NCBI GenBank assembly: GCA_001593855.1
Contig: LUCC01000001.1
Location: 1 to 43,663, forward strand
Source of the DNA: Candidatus Hecatellales archaeon B24
GTDB taxonomy: Archaea; Thermoproteota; Bathyarchaeia; Hecatellales; Hecatellaceae
DNA length: 43,663 nucleotides
Direction of reading: 5' to 3'
The notes beneath the pieces are model-generated. The model ran no database searches. It was not told the DNA's origin and was given only the letters and a program-made list of their open reading frames with translations. Made by a program: the position numbers and the translations under genes. Positions 33,921 to 43,159 of this stretch are shown in pieces (position 1 is the first letter of the stretch; the number at the start of each line of letters is the position of its first letter).

Positions 33921-34544
33921 TTGAAAGCTCTTCCAGAAGTTAAAGTGGGCGTTCTAAACTTTCAGGGAGCCGTCTCAGAGCATGTGGAAGCCCTAAACAA
34001 AACCCTGAAAGAGCTGAACCTTAAAGGGCAGGTTCTAACCGTTAAAACCTTGGAACAGCTTGAAGAAGTTAAAGGATTGGTGATTCCGGGGGGCGAAAGC
34101 ACAACCATCGGCAGGCTTTCAGCCAAGGAGCTTGCACCCAGAATCGTGGAAAGAGCTGCCAGCGGAATGCCTATCCTGGGAACCTGTGCAGGGCTGATCC
34201 TGATGGCTAAAGAGGTTTACGACGCCAAGATTGGCTCCGTAGAGCAGCCTCTCCTCCGCCTGATGGATATGAAGGCTGTTCGAAACTTTTTTGGGAGGCA
34301 GGGTGAATCCTTTGAGGCCCCGTTGACCATTCCATTACTGGGGCGTGAACCTTTCCCAGGGGTTTTCATAAGGGCTCCCGTGGTTGAAAAGGTTTGGGGT
34401 GAAGCTGAAGCTCTAGCCACCTACAACGGTAAGATAGTTGCCGTCCAGCAGGGCAGGCTTCTGGCAACAGTCTTCCACCCTGAGCTTGCAGAAGACCTGC
34501 GCCTCCACAAATACCTTATAAAACTTGTTTTAGACACGCTTTAA
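33921..34544 (+). CDS. pdxT: Pyridoxal 5'-phosphate synthase, glutaminase subunit PdxT
   Basis: 207 aa. GVLNFQGA, PGGESTT, GTCAGLILMA (nucleophile Cys) and FHPEL. Immediately downstream of pdxS. Confidence 0.9.
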   Translation: MKALPEVKVGVLNFQGAVSEHVEALNKTLKELNLKGQVLTVKTLEQLEEVKGLVIPGGESTTIGRLSAKELAPRIVERAASGMPILGTCAGLILMAKEVYDAKIGSVEQPLLRLMDMKAVRNFFGRQGESFEAPLTIPLLGREPFPGVFIRAPVVEKVWGEAEALATYNGKIVAVQQGRLLATVFHPELAEDLRLHKYLIKLVLDTL

Positions 34545-34602
34545 CCCAAACCTATTTTAGGAAGGCGGAAAATAAACTAAGAAGCGTGGAAGGTGAAACT
34601 GG

Positions 34603-34827
34603 ATGGTTGTAATTTACGTGCTAGTAGTCACAGAGGTTGGAAAAGAAAACGAGGTTGCAGGAGAGCTGAGTAAAATAAAAGGTGTAACTGAAGCTAAAAC
34701 AGTCTACGGCGAATTCGACGTTGTAGCCCGGATTGAAGCTCAAAACCTTAAGGAAGTAGATGAAATCATAACCTCTCTAAGGAAAATTCCGGGGATAATC
34801 AGAACCGTAACCCTGATTTCAGCCTAA
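34603..34827 (+). CDS. Stand-alone Lrp/AsnC ligand-binding (RAM) domain protein
   Basis: 74 aa. The pattern VIYVLVVTEVGKENEVAGELSKIKGVTEAKTVYGEFDVVARIEA...I is typical of the AsnC_trans_reg fold, without an HTH. Confidence 0.7.
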   Translation: MVVIYVLVVTEVGKENEVAGELSKIKGVTEAKTVYGEFDVVARIEAQNLKEVDEIITSLRKIPGIIRTVTLISA

Positions 34828-35762
34828 AAGCTTTCCAAGGCTTTCTCCAATTCTTTTAGCAGCTCCGAGGAGCTCCTATAGGTTTTATCCGGAATCTTCG
34901 ACAGAACGGTTTTCAGGGGATACTGTTTTCCAGGTTTAACCTCTAGGAGCCTCCACCCGATTTTACTGGTTAAAGCTTTTTTTGAGGCTGGAAGCTTAAG
35001 GTTTTTCATTATACGCCACGCAGCCTCCACACCGTAGGCGTCTGTTAAAGGCGGGAAGCTTCCCGTTTCAAGATAAGCCTTAAAACGCACGGCATCGTTG
35101 AACATGGCTAGGTTATTGAAGAGAACGTAGGCGGCTTCCACGCCTTTGACGCTTAAAATTTTCCGTTTAAGGTTTTCCAGCTCGCTGTTGGAGTACTCGT
35201 AGTAGTAGAGCTTCTCTCCTAAACCGTGAAGCCTGAAGTAGGCTATCCTTGAAACATGGGCAGGCTCCCCAAGGAAGGGGTCAACGCAGTGGACAACTCC
35301 AACCTTCGCCAGAAGCCTGCTTAAAGCCTTAAAGTTTTTAGGTTTAAACCATTCAGCCCCCCGGCTTTCCCATACCAAAGTAAGCCCCAAGCTTCCGGCT
35401 TTCTCGAAGAGCTTTCCAGCTTTCTCAAGGGTTTCCCCGGTAGGTTTCAAGGAGCCTGGGGTCTGGATTAGAAGGATTCCCGCGTCAAGTTCACGGCAAG
35501 TTTCAGCCATGCGTTTGAGGGCTTGAGCTGTCTCCCTGTTCCAGGAAAGCCTGTGGGTGTGGCTTATGTCTTGGTGGGCTTTAACCGTGAACTCGAAGCT
35601 TTTAGGGGCTTCCCTCCGCCATTTCACGAGCAGTTTTGAGTCTAGATACCTGTAGAAGGTTGCGTTTATCTCGACGAGGCTTAGGTTTTCATAGTATCTG
35701 CTTTTCGACACCGGGAAACCGCAGCATCCAACCTTGACTTCCAAGCTTCCGGGGCCTCCCAT
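34824..35762 (-). CDS. DUF72-family protein with C-terminal extension
   Basis: 312 aa. The N-terminal VKVGCCGFPVSKSRYYENLSLVEINATFYR matches the DUF72 hallmark (G..GW...FY......VE.N.TFY). Confidence 0.65.
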   Translation of the reverse strand: MGGPGSLEVKVGCCGFPVSKSRYYENLSLVEINATFYRYLDSKLLVKWRREAPKSFEFTVKAHQDISHTHRLSWNRETAQALKRMAETCRELDAGILLIQTPGSLKPTGETLEKAGKLFEKAGSLGLTLVWESRGAEWFKPKNFKALSRLLAKVGVVHCVDPFLGEPAHVSRIAYFRLHGLGEKLYYYEYSNSELENLKRKILSVKGVEAAYVLFNNLAMFNDAVRFKAYLETGSFPPLTDAYGVEAAWRIMKNLKLPASKKALTSKIGWRLLEVKPGKQYPLKTVLSKIPDKTYRSSSELLKELEKALESF

Positions 35763-35811
35763 AACCGTGAAGGGACGGGCTACTCTTAAATGTAACTCTC
35801 AACCTTAATTT

Positions 35812-36531
35812 TTGGTTGGGGAAGCCGGGTTGACATCCGTTAAGCCTCCCGTAGCCTTAAAGGTTAGAGACCTTGGAAACTTTGCAAGGCTCACCTTAGC
35901 CCTTACAGATTCGCCTCCGATAATCTGGCTTTTCAAGTATAAAGGTAAAAGGTATCTGGCAACTTTTTCCGTCTATCTTTCCTGGAAGGGGGATATACCG
36001 CTTTTCACCTACGTGGTCCTTAAAGGAAAGCCTGGGCCTTTCCTCGCCTATAAAAGCGACGGAGCCAGAGAGGAATACAAGTTTACCAACAACATTGAAA
36101 ACCCCCGCTATATTTACGCTCCCATCATAGTTCTAAGGGAAACCTACGACTTCCTTAAAGCTCCAGTGGAAGGAAAATTCCCGGAGCCCTCCAAACCCAT
36201 TAAAATGGAAGTCGACAGCCTCAACAGCCTCCTGCGCCTCCTCTACCTCATCTCGGTTAGGGAGGGCTCCCTTTTCCCGCTTTGGCTTTTCAAGTCTAAC
36301 GGTAAGCGTATCCTAGGCGTATGCGTGCCCTTCGAACACTATTACGAGGCCAGCGCGCTTCCGGTTTTCTTCTACGTGAAGCTTGGCAGGAGGCCTCCGG
36401 CCCCCTTCATCCGCTATATGACAAGCTCGCTGAAGGGAGAAAACATAGACTTCAGCCATAACACCAGCGACACCAAGTATTTCTACGCGAAAATAATCGA
36501 GGTTGAACGTATGCCCCTCTTCCCCGACTAA
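35812..36531 (+). CDS. Hypothetical protein made of two tandem copies of an unknown domain
   Basis: 239 aa. Residues about 11-110 and 127-232 align, for example IIWLFKYKGKRYLATFSVYL/PLWLFKSNGKRILGVCVPFE, IPLFTYVVLKGKPGPFLAY/LPVFFYVKLGRRPPAPFIRY and PRYIYAPIIVL/TKYFYAKIIEV. Confidence 0.55.
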   Translation: MVGEAGLTSVKPPVALKVRDLGNFARLTLALTDSPPIIWLFKYKGKRYLATFSVYLSWKGDIPLFTYVVLKGKPGPFLAYKSDGAREEYKFTNNIENPRYIYAPIIVLRETYDFLKAPVEGKFPEPSKPIKMEVDSLNSLLRLLYLISVREGSLFPLWLFKSNGKRILGVCVPFEHYYEASALPVFFYVKLGRRPPAPFIRYMTSSLKGENIDFSHNTSDTKYFYAKIIEVERMPLFPD

Positions 36532-36553
36532 CCCTCCGCCGGAGGCTTCAAAA

Positions 36554-37333
36554 ATGGAGAAGTTCGCAGACAGAATAGTTAAATCCTCGAAAAAGAGGAG
36601 GTCAAAGATAATTCTCGCGTTAGACCTCAACCCTTCAACCTCAAACCTGCTGGATAAAGGCTTAAAACTTTTAAGCCAGGTCTCCCAGAGCGTTTGCGCT
36701 GTTAAAATTAACAGGCATATGCTGTTGCCCCTAGGGCTTTTCGGAGGTGTTGAAAGGCTTGTGGACTATGCGCACAGGCTTGGGCTTCCAGCCATCATGG
36801 ACTGTAAGCTTAATGATATAGGTTCAACCAACAGGGTTATGGCTGAATGGTTTTTCAAAGCGGGCTTCGACGCTTTAACGGTTAGCCCCTACGTAGGCTG
36901 GGAGGAGGGGCTTGAACCGGTTTTCCGGTTTTCGAAGGAGCAGGGTAAAGGGCTTCTGGTTCTCACCTACATGAGTCATAAGGGGGCTGAGCAAACCTTC
37001 GAGAGGGCTCTCCTAGCCGGCTACGGGAAGCCTAAGCCAGCCTACAAGGTTTTCGCTAGGTGGGCTTTAGAGTGGAAGGCTGACGGTGCTATTGTAGGTG
37101 CAACTAGACCTGAAAAAATAGTGGAGGTTAAACGTATCTTGAAGGGGGAGGTCTCCATTTACTCTCCTGGGGTTGGAGTTCAGGGTGGAAGCCTTGAGGA
37201 GGCTGTGAAGAGTGGAGCTGACTACCTTATAGTTGGAAGAAGCATTCTTAGGGCTGAAAACCCCGGTGAGGCTGCTGAAAGCCTTAGGGAGAGGGCTTGG
37301 AAAGCTGCTGGAAGACGTAGGGGGGCTACCTGA
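36554..37333 (+). CDS. pyrF: Orotidine 5'-phosphate decarboxylase
   Basis: ATG at 36554 after GGAGG. Motifs [14 protein letters not shown] and [11 protein letters not shown] (D-x-K-x-x-D), plus a C-terminal GVGVQGG...IVGRSI segment. Confidence 0.85.
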   Translation: MEKFADRIVKSSKKRRSKIILALDLNPSTSNLLDKGLKLLSQVSQSVCAVKINRHMLLPLGLFGGVERLVDYAHRLGLPAIMDCKLNDIGSTNRVMAEWFFKAGFDALTVSPYVGWEEGLEPVFRFSKEQGKGLLVLTYMSHKGAEQTFERALLAGYGKPKPAYKVFARWALEWKADGAIVGATRPEKIVEVKRILKGEVSIYSPGVGVQGGSLEEAVKSGADYLIVGRSILRAENPGEAAESLRERAWKAAGRRRGAT

Positions 37334-37484
37334 TTACGGGCTGATGCTGCCAGAGCTCGCTTTTAAGCAGGTCTCTGACGGCCGCCCTTACCACCGCGCT
37401 TCTGCTGGGGTACATGCCTGACCTTACAAGCTCGTCTATCCCCTCAACCAGGGCTTCCGGAAGCTTCACGGTGACAAGCTTCAT
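37326..37484 (-). CDS. Ribbon-helix-helix (CopG/Arc/MetJ-type) DNA-binding protein
   Basis: [40 protein letters not shown] is a classic RHH pattern. I trimmed the track ORF (37568) to the ATG at 37484. The 3' end overlaps pyrF by 8 nt. Confidence 0.6.
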   Translation of the reverse strand: MKLVTVKLPEALVEGIDELVRSGMYPSRSAVVRAAVRDLLKSELWQHQPVIR

Positions 37485-37737
37485 GGAGTTAACATTTATT
37501 CTGTTGGCCAAGGCTTCCTTCCAAGAGATGGTAAAGTATTTACCGCGTATATAAGGCGTAGTATCCAACTTTTTAGACTTTTAACTCTAAAAATGAAAAG
37601 TTCACCCAGTTTCTCCCCAGGCTTTAACCAGTTCCCTACGGTTTTCCACGCTTAAACCTGCGTTTTTCCATGGTTTTCAGCTTTAAGCTTTACCACAGCC
37701 AAGTTAAAGAGGGCTTAGCAAGGTAACCGTTATATTC

Positions 37738-38121
37738 ATGATTTGTAATGAAGCCTTATGGTTAAAGTGGTGGAGGGAGTGCAAGGTGGGTGGAGCCAAG
37801 AAGAAGCCTTTAAGCGCCGTGGAGAAAGCTCAAAGGCTTAGAGAGGAAAGAGACAGAAAGGCGAGGAGGGAAAGAGAGGAAAAGGAAAAGCGTGCAGCAG
37901 CAGCCATAAGCCTTCAAAACATAGACGATAAAACCGTTCTAAGCGAACTCCTAAAAATCAAGGCTGTAACCCCTGCCTCCATAGCTTCAGCCTTCAACGT
38001 CAAGGTAAGCGCAGCAGAAGACTTCCTAGAAGACTGGGAGAAACGCGGGCTCCTAGTTCCCGTGGCTAAATGCGAAAGGCTGAAGATTTACAGGCCAAAC
38101 CAGGCTGCCGCCCGCAGTTAA
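37738..38121 (+). CDS. rps25e: Ribosomal protein eS25
   Basis: Basic N-terminus GGAKKKPL, then KIKAVTPASIASAFNVKVSAAEDFLEDWEKRGLLVPVAKCERLKIYRP, an S25e-type winged helix. The true start is probably the GTG at 37786, 8 nt after GGAGGG. Confidence 0.75.
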   Translation: MICNEALWLKWWRECKVGGAKKKPLSAVEKAQRLREERDRKARREREEKEKRAAAAISLQNIDDKTVLSELLKIKAVTPASIASAFNVKVSAAEDFLEDWEKRGLLVPVAKCERLKIYRPNQAAARS

Positions 38122-38501
38122 CCGGATGACTCAGTTTTCTCCATTTTTATGATGGTTCCCCTTCCAGTTTTCTTCAGGGGCTCCAAGCTTCCTGTTATTT
38201 TGCCTATCGGGTTTACGGGGCTGTAGGGTTTGGTTTGGGCGTAGAAGAGGCATAGGGCTGAACCTTGAGGCCAGTAGGCTATGGTTCCGGCTTCCACCAC
38301 GGCTTTAGCCTTCTCCAGTCCCATCCTAAGGGAAACTGGAAAGTAAATTTCACCCGGCCATAGGGCTGCTTTTCCCTCCAGAGGTAAAGCCTTTACAACG
38401 GCTTCCACGGTTCTGGGAGCCCAGAAGCGTATAAGCTCCCCTGCGGTTTCGCCTACGCCTTCCAGCAGAATCCTTACAGGTATCCTGGAGATTCCAGCCA
38501 T
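38118..38501 (-). CDS. Cyclophilin-like fold protein (TM1367-like family)
   Basis: 127 aa. IRFWAPRTVEAVVKALPLEGKAALWPGEIYF...AGTIAYWPQGSALCLFY...PIGKI matches my memory of the Cyclophil_like family pattern. Confidence 0.55.
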   Translation of the reverse strand: MAGISRIPVRILLEGVGETAGELIRFWAPRTVEAVVKALPLEGKAALWPGEIYFPVSLRMGLEKAKAVVEAGTIAYWPQGSALCLFYAQTKPYSPVNPIGKITGSLEPLKKTGRGTIIKMEKTESSG

Positions 38502-38515
38502 CCTATGCCCGCTCC

Positions 38516-39868
38516 CTACGGTTTAGGAGGAAGCTTTCCGCCAGCGATTCTCTCCAGCTTTTTGAAGGGTAAAGCCTTCCGCTTCAAGCTTTTAGCCAGC
38601 TTTCTGAAGGTTTCAAACTGTCGGATTAGCTCTCTAACATCTTTCTCGCTGGTTCCAGAGCCTCTGGCCACCCTTCTAATCCTTGAGGAGCTCATAATCT
38701 TGGGGTTAGCTCTCTCCTCAGGGGTCATGGACTGGATGATGGCTTTCCAAGCCTTGAACTTTTCCTCTCCAAGCTGCACCGCTTCTTCGGGGAGTTCAAA
38801 GCTTAACCCCGGAATCATCTTCAAGATTTTACCGAGGGGGCCAAGCTTCCTAACGGATTCCATCTGCTCTAAAAGGTCTTCCAGCGTCATTCTGCCCGAG
38901 AGGAGGTCCCTAGCCTTCTTCCGGGGAACCACTATTTCTGCTTCCCTCACCCTTTCCAGAAGTCCTTGGAGGTCACCCATCCCCAGAAGTCTTCCGACAA
39001 ACCTAACCGGGTTAAAAAGTTCAAGGTCCTCTATTTTCTCCCCAGTTCCCAAGAATATTATGGGGGCTCCGACGGCGGCTACGGCTGAGAGGGCTCCTCC
39101 ACCCCTCGCCGACCCGTCCAGCTTGGCAACGGTTATGGAGCCTAAGGGTGTAGCCTCATGGAAAGCCTTCGCCTGGACGCCAGCCTGCTGGCCGATGGTT
39201 CCATCTATAACCATCATAACCTGGTCGGGTTTAACAGCGCCCCATATCTGCTTCATTTCTTTTATCAGGCTGCGCTCGTCCTTATGCCGTCCAGCCGTAT
39301 CCACAACTATGGCTTCATACCCTTCCTGCCTGAACCTTTCAACACCCTTCAAGGCGATTTCCACAGGGTTCTTAGAGGCTTCATCCCCGTAGACCGGTAT
39401 GTGAACCTGGCTGGCTAGCTGCTTAACTTGGGCCAGAGCTCCAGGCCTGTAGGTGTCAGCGCAGACGACAGCAGCCTTAAACCCTCTCTTGGCCAGGAAG
39501 CTGGCGATTTTAACCGCCGTGGTGGTTTTCCCTGAGCCCTGAATGCCCACAAGCATGATAACGTTGGACCTGCCCGGCTTTACAGGTATCTTAGCCGGTT
39601 TTTCGCCTAGAAGCTTTGCCAGCTCGTCGTATACCACTTTGACCACATGTTCCTTTCGGGAGATTCCTGGGGGAGGCTCCTCCTCTAAGGCTCGGCTTTG
39701 AATACGTTTCGAAAGCTCTAAAACAAGGTTTACGTTTACATCCGACTGGAGAAGGGCCCGCTGCAGGTCTCTCACAAGCTCTTTAACAGCTCTCTCGTCC
39801 ACGCTGGAAAGTTTAAGCAGTTTTCTAATGGACTGCTGAAGGCTGGCTCCAAGCTTTTCCAGCGTCAA
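38516..39868 (-). CDS. srp54: Signal recognition particle 54-kDa protein
   Basis: 450 aa. N domain, G domain with GIQGSGKTTT, DTAGR and TKLDG-type (AKLDGSARGG) motifs, and a Met-rich M domain. Confidence 0.95.
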   Translation of the reverse strand: MTLEKLGASLQQSIRKLLKLSSVDERAVKELVRDLQRALLQSDVNVNLVLELSKRIQSRALEEEPPPGISRKEHVVKVVYDELAKLLGEKPAKIPVKPGRSNVIMLVGIQGSGKTTTAVKIASFLAKRGFKAAVVCADTYRPGALAQVKQLASQVHIPVYGDEASKNPVEIALKGVERFRQEGYEAIVVDTAGRHKDERSLIKEMKQIWGAVKPDQVMMVIDGTIGQQAGVQAKAFHEATPLGSITVAKLDGSARGGGALSAVAAVGAPIIFLGTGEKIEDLELFNPVRFVGRLLGMGDLQGLLERVREAEIVVPRKKARDLLSGRMTLEDLLEQMESVRKLGPLGKILKMIPGLSFELPEEAVQLGEEKFKAWKAIIQSMTPEERANPKIMSSSRIRRVARGSGTSEKDVRELIRQFETFRKLAKSLKRKALPFKKLERIAGGKLPPKP

Positions 39869-39881
39869 AGGCTTTCCTCCT

Positions 39882-40847
39882 CTAAGAAGGCTTAACCCGC
39901 TTCTTCCTTTTAAGCTTGGATAAGGCGTAAGATACGAGAACTGGGAAGGCGAAAGTGTAGTCGGCTACTACCGTTACAAGCCGGCTTTCAGGCTTGGCTT
40001 TCCCCCACGATACCGCCTCTTCTAGGGCGGCTCCAGAAAGGCTTCCCCCCTCAGGCCTGTCGAGGGTAATCTGAACCGCCATGTCTAAGCCTCCCCTAAG
40101 CATGCAGGCACCTAGAACGTGGTGCTTTGGAAGTCCTCCGCCTAGGATAATGGCTCCAACCTTTTTAGCTTCGAAAACAAGGTCGGCTAGGAGGCTTAGG
40201 TCCCTGGCTAAATCCAGCTTTAACCCCTTAAGCCTAGAGTAGCTCCAAAGGTGAAGGCCCAGCATGGAGTCGTAAATGCCGGGGCAGAAAACCGGAATCC
40301 GCTTTCTGGCGGCAGCTTCCAGAATGAAGCTTCCTCCCTTCGCCTTCAGCCTTCTACCGAACTCCCAGAGCAGCTCGTAAACGGCTAGGGCTCTGCCTTC
40401 AGCTTCAACCTCTCCCAGAACCCGGTAAACCTCCTTCTCCAAGGCTTCGAAGGCTTCCTGCTCCACGTAGATGTCGCCAACGCGGCCTAATGCTTTCTCC
40501 TTCAGCTTTCTATCGTCGGCGTAAAGGCTGCCCTGCCTGTGGCGGAAGCCCAAGGCTTCCACTAGGTCATGTGTAACGTTGGCTCCGGTAGTTACAAGGG
40601 CGTCTAGGAGTCCCAGCTCGACAAGCCTTGCGATGATGCCTCTTAAGCCTCCTGGAACAGCAGGGCCGGCTGCGGCTAGGAAAACCCTGCAGTCACTGTC
40701 TTGGAAGAGTTCGGCGAGGAGGCTGGCTGCTCTTCCAACACGTCCGGCTCCGAGAACCCCGCATGCAGCCATTTCAGCAACAAGTTCTACGGTGGAAAGG
40801 TTAGGCTTAATCTTCATCTGCTTCACAGGCTTCAAAGGTTCCACCAA
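39882..40847 (-). CDS. dys: Deoxyhypusine synthase
   Basis: 321 aa. LDALVTTGANVTHDL and ILGGGLPKHH motifs characteristic of DHS. Lies 92 nt downstream of its substrate gene, aIF5A. Confidence 0.85.
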   Translation of the reverse strand: MVEPLKPVKQMKIKPNLSTVELVAEMAACGVLGAGRVGRAASLLAELFQDSDCRVFLAAAGPAVPGGLRGIIARLVELGLLDALVTTGANVTHDLVEALGFRHRQGSLYADDRKLKEKALGRVGDIYVEQEAFEALEKEVYRVLGEVEAEGRALAVYELLWEFGRRLKAKGGSFILEAAARKRIPVFCPGIYDSMLGLHLWSYSRLKGLKLDLARDLSLLADLVFEAKKVGAIILGGGLPKHHVLGACMLRGGLDMAVQITLDRPEGGSLSGAALEEAVSWGKAKPESRLVTVVADYTFAFPVLVSYALSKLKRKKRVKPS

Positions 40848-40939
40848 AAATAGGAGGAACGCCGGCTGCCCTTAAAGGCTTCCAACAGCCGGGCGATGGA
40901 TAAGCTTGAAGGAGGATTTAGGGGAGGGCCCAGCTCCGG

Positions 40940-41335
40940 CTAGGCTTTCACCCTTACGATTTTCACTCTGCCCAGTATTCTCCAGTATTCCACTTCTGCT
41001 CCGTCGGCTATCCGGCTTTTAAGCTCTTCCTCAGCTGGCATGGGAGTTTCAAAGGTTTCATAGGTTTCCAAGTCCATAAGCTGGACGACTTCCGGCGTGG
41101 TGGATATTACCTGCCCACTTCGCTTCTCTATCACCGGAACCTCTATCCTAGCGTCCACGGGGCTTACGATACTACGTTTGACACCGTCGAACACGCCTAT
41201 AGCCACTATGCGCGCCTTGGCTGAGCCGTGTTTTCCAGGTTTAGACTTTTCCAGGCTTACAACCCTGCACGGCTCCCCATCGACAATTATATATTGCCCC
41301 TCCTTAACCGAGCCCACATCCACAGGCCTGCTCAA
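40940..41335 (-). CDS. eif5a: Translation initiation factor 5A (aIF5A)
   Basis: 131 aa. Hypusination loop [14 protein letters not shown] and a C-terminal OB domain. Confidence 0.9.
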   Translation of the reverse strand: MSRPVDVGSVKEGQYIIVDGEPCRVVSLEKSKPGKHGSAKARIVAIGVFDGVKRSIVSPVDARIEVPVIEKRSGQVISTTPEVVQLMDLETYETFETPMPAEEELKSRIADGAEVEYWRILGRVKIVRVKA

Positions 41336-41426
41336 AACCTAATCCTCCTCCCAAACCAGCGTATAAGGATTTCTTAGCCCTTAAAGATAATAAATTTATG
41401 TTTAGGAAGCCTTCACGTTGAGGCTG

Positions 41427-42248
41427 TTAAAGACATGAAACGGAAAGCCTACGTTTAATTCTCTCGTAGAAGGTGAAGCCCCGCCTCAGGAAGATCACAT
41501 GCCTCCTAGAGCGTTTAACCCTAACATTTCTTGGAGGTAGAAGCCTTTTCGTTTCTAGGCCGTCGGCCACCACTAGGAGAGGTGTTTCACCTTCAGGCTT
41601 CACGGTTACCTCCACGCTTGAAGGTACCACGTAAGGTTTAAAGTTGGCTGAAAGCGGATACACCGGGGCTATTACAAGCGTTTCCAGCCTTGGGTCGATA
41701 AGGCTTCCTCCAACGCTGAAGGCGTAGGCTGAAGCCCCGCTGGGAGTTGAAACTAGGACGGCGTCAACCTTATCCCTGGCCAGCTTAAAGTCGCCTACGT
41801 AGACGGAAAGCTCCACCATGTGCTTCGGTTTTTCACTTCCGATCTTAATTTCATTTAAGGCGGGAGGCAGGCCTTTCACGTCGGCTTCAACCATGAACTG
41901 TTTGTCCTCCACGTATCGGCCTTTCAAGACTTCCTGGAGGAAGCTTGAAGCCTCGCCTGGTGCAGCCTCTCCAAGGAAGCCAACTCTCCCCATGCTGACC
42001 GTGAAGAGAGGTATTCCGTGTTGAAGCATGTGGACGGCTCTGAGAACGGTTCCGTCTCCTCCAACGATTACGGCTAGGTCTGCCTCAGCCCTAGAGGGGT
42101 CAACGCCTTTAACTCCAAGCCTTTCAGCCAGCCCAGCCTCATATTGAACCTTCACTTTCGCCTTTTCCAGCTGAGCTGCCAGTTTTCCAGCTAGCCTAAC
42201 CGCTTCCTCACGGTCAAGCCTTGAAAGGACTAGAGCCCTCCTGAACAA
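41427..42248 (-). CDS. nadK: NAD kinase
   Basis: 273 aa. GGDGTVLRA motif, NEIKIG, and STPSGASAYAFSVGG (TPTGSTAY-type) motif. Confidence 0.85.
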   Translation of the reverse strand: MFRRALVLSRLDREEAVRLAGKLAAQLEKAKVKVQYEAGLAERLGVKGVDPSRAEADLAVIVGGDGTVLRAVHMLQHGIPLFTVSMGRVGFLGEAAPGEASSFLQEVLKGRYVEDKQFMVEADVKGLPPALNEIKIGSEKPKHMVELSVYVGDFKLARDKVDAVLVSTPSGASAYAFSVGGSLIDPRLETLVIAPVYPLSANFKPYVVPSSVEVTVKPEGETPLLVVADGLETKRLLPPRNVRVKRSRRHVIFLRRGFTFYERIKRRLSVSCL

Positions 42249-42299
42249 TGGTTCACCCTTACCCTACCTACGCCTTTAAGGCATAAAACTAAATTCTCC

Positions 42300-42866
42300 G
42301 TGAAGGTTAAATGTTTAAGGGTTAGAAGGGCTGTGGCTGGAAAACGCAGGGTTTTCGTGTTTGACGCTTCAGGCTTTATAACCGGGCTTGACAGCCTGCT
42401 CCATGAAGGTGAAATCTACACCACTCCTGAAGTGGCAGAGGAACTTAGGGGGGCAGAGGTTAAAAGAAGATGTGAAACCGCCCTAAGCCTGGGCCGGGTT
42501 AAAATCGAAAGCCCTGAACCCGAACATCTAGAGGCAGCCAGGAAGGCAGCAGCCTCAACAGGAGACCTTTTCAAGCTTTCAAAAGCCGACCTTTCCATCC
42601 TAGCCTTAACAGTCATGCTTGAGGGCAGAGGTCTTCGTCCAACCCTGGTAAGCGAAGACTACGCCGTGCAGAACGTGGCTGAACATTTAAACCTCAACTA
42701 CTCTTCGGCGGTGGGAAGAATCCGGCTGGAGGTTAAATGGGCGGTGTACTGTCCTTCCTGCGGCAGAAGCTTCCAGCCCAGCCTTGAACTGCAAACCTGC
42801 CCTGTATGCGGTGAAAAACTTAAGCGGAAAGCCTGGAAGAGAAGGAGGTTAAAGGGGGAAACCTGA
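42300..42866 (+). CDS. nob1: Nob1-like endonuclease (PIN domain plus C-terminal zinc ribbon)
   Basis: 188 aa. PIN acidic residues (VFVFDASGFI, LSKADLSILALT, SEDYAVQNVAEHL), followed by CPSCG...CPVCG. Confidence 0.7.
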   Translation: MKVKCLRVRRAVAGKRRVFVFDASGFITGLDSLLHEGEIYTTPEVAEELRGAEVKRRCETALSLGRVKIESPEPEHLEAARKAAASTGDLFKLSKADLSILALTVMLEGRGLRPTLVSEDYAVQNVAEHLNLNYSSAVGRIRLEVKWAVYCPSCGRSFQPSLELQTCPVCGEKLKRKAWKRRRLKGET

Positions 42867-42868
42867 AC

Positions 42869-43159
42869 TTGGAGGTTAAAGGATTCCAAGAGCTTATGAG
42901 GCAAATATACTTTCACAGGGATTCCAAGCGGGGAGCCTACGGAACCTTCCTCTGGCTTCTCGAGGAGGTTGCAGAACTCGGAAAAGCCATACCCCAAAAC
43001 GACAGGAAAAACCTGGAAGACGAATTCGCCGACGTATTAGCCTGGCTGTGCTCCCTAGCCAACGTCCTAAACATAGACCTAGAAAAAGCTGCTCTCGCAA
43101 AGTATGCCGGTAAATGCCCTAAATGCGGGTTTAAGGTTTGCCGCTGCCCCGAGGCTTAG
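42869..43159 (+). CDS. mazG: MazG-like nucleotide pyrophosphohydrolase
   Basis: 96 aa. [12 protein letters not shown] and [16 protein letters not shown] (the EExxE...ExxD MazG pattern), with a C-terminal CPKCG..CRC tail. Confidence 0.75.
   Translation: MEVKGFQELMRQIYFHRDSKRGAYGTFLWLLEEVAELGKAIPQNDRKNLEDEFADVLAWLCSLANVLNIDLEKAALAKYAGKCPKCGFKVCRCPEA

Noticed and set aside
37326-37484. The RHH protein as the antitoxin of a toxin-antitoxin pair
   Set aside because: No toxin-sized ORF is adjacent on the same strand. Upstream is a 250-nt non-coding stretch and downstream is the convergent pyrF. I treat it as an orphan RHH regulator.
38505-39392. Long antisense ORFs opposite strongly supported genes. 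Examples: 295 aa opposite srp54, 33280..33894 opposite pdxS, 96..743 opposite PPAT and the CdvB-like gene, 16904..17410 and others opposite polC.
   Set aside because: They have S/P/L/R-rich low-complexity shadow composition. Each is fully overlapped by a gene with clear family motifs, so they are typical open antisense frames in moderate-GC DNA.
42300-42866. The PIN-domain protein as a VapC toxin
   Set aside because: The C-terminal CxxC...CxxC zinc ribbon and the size fit archaeal Nob1, the ribosome-maturation nuclease. No upstream antitoxin ORF is present.
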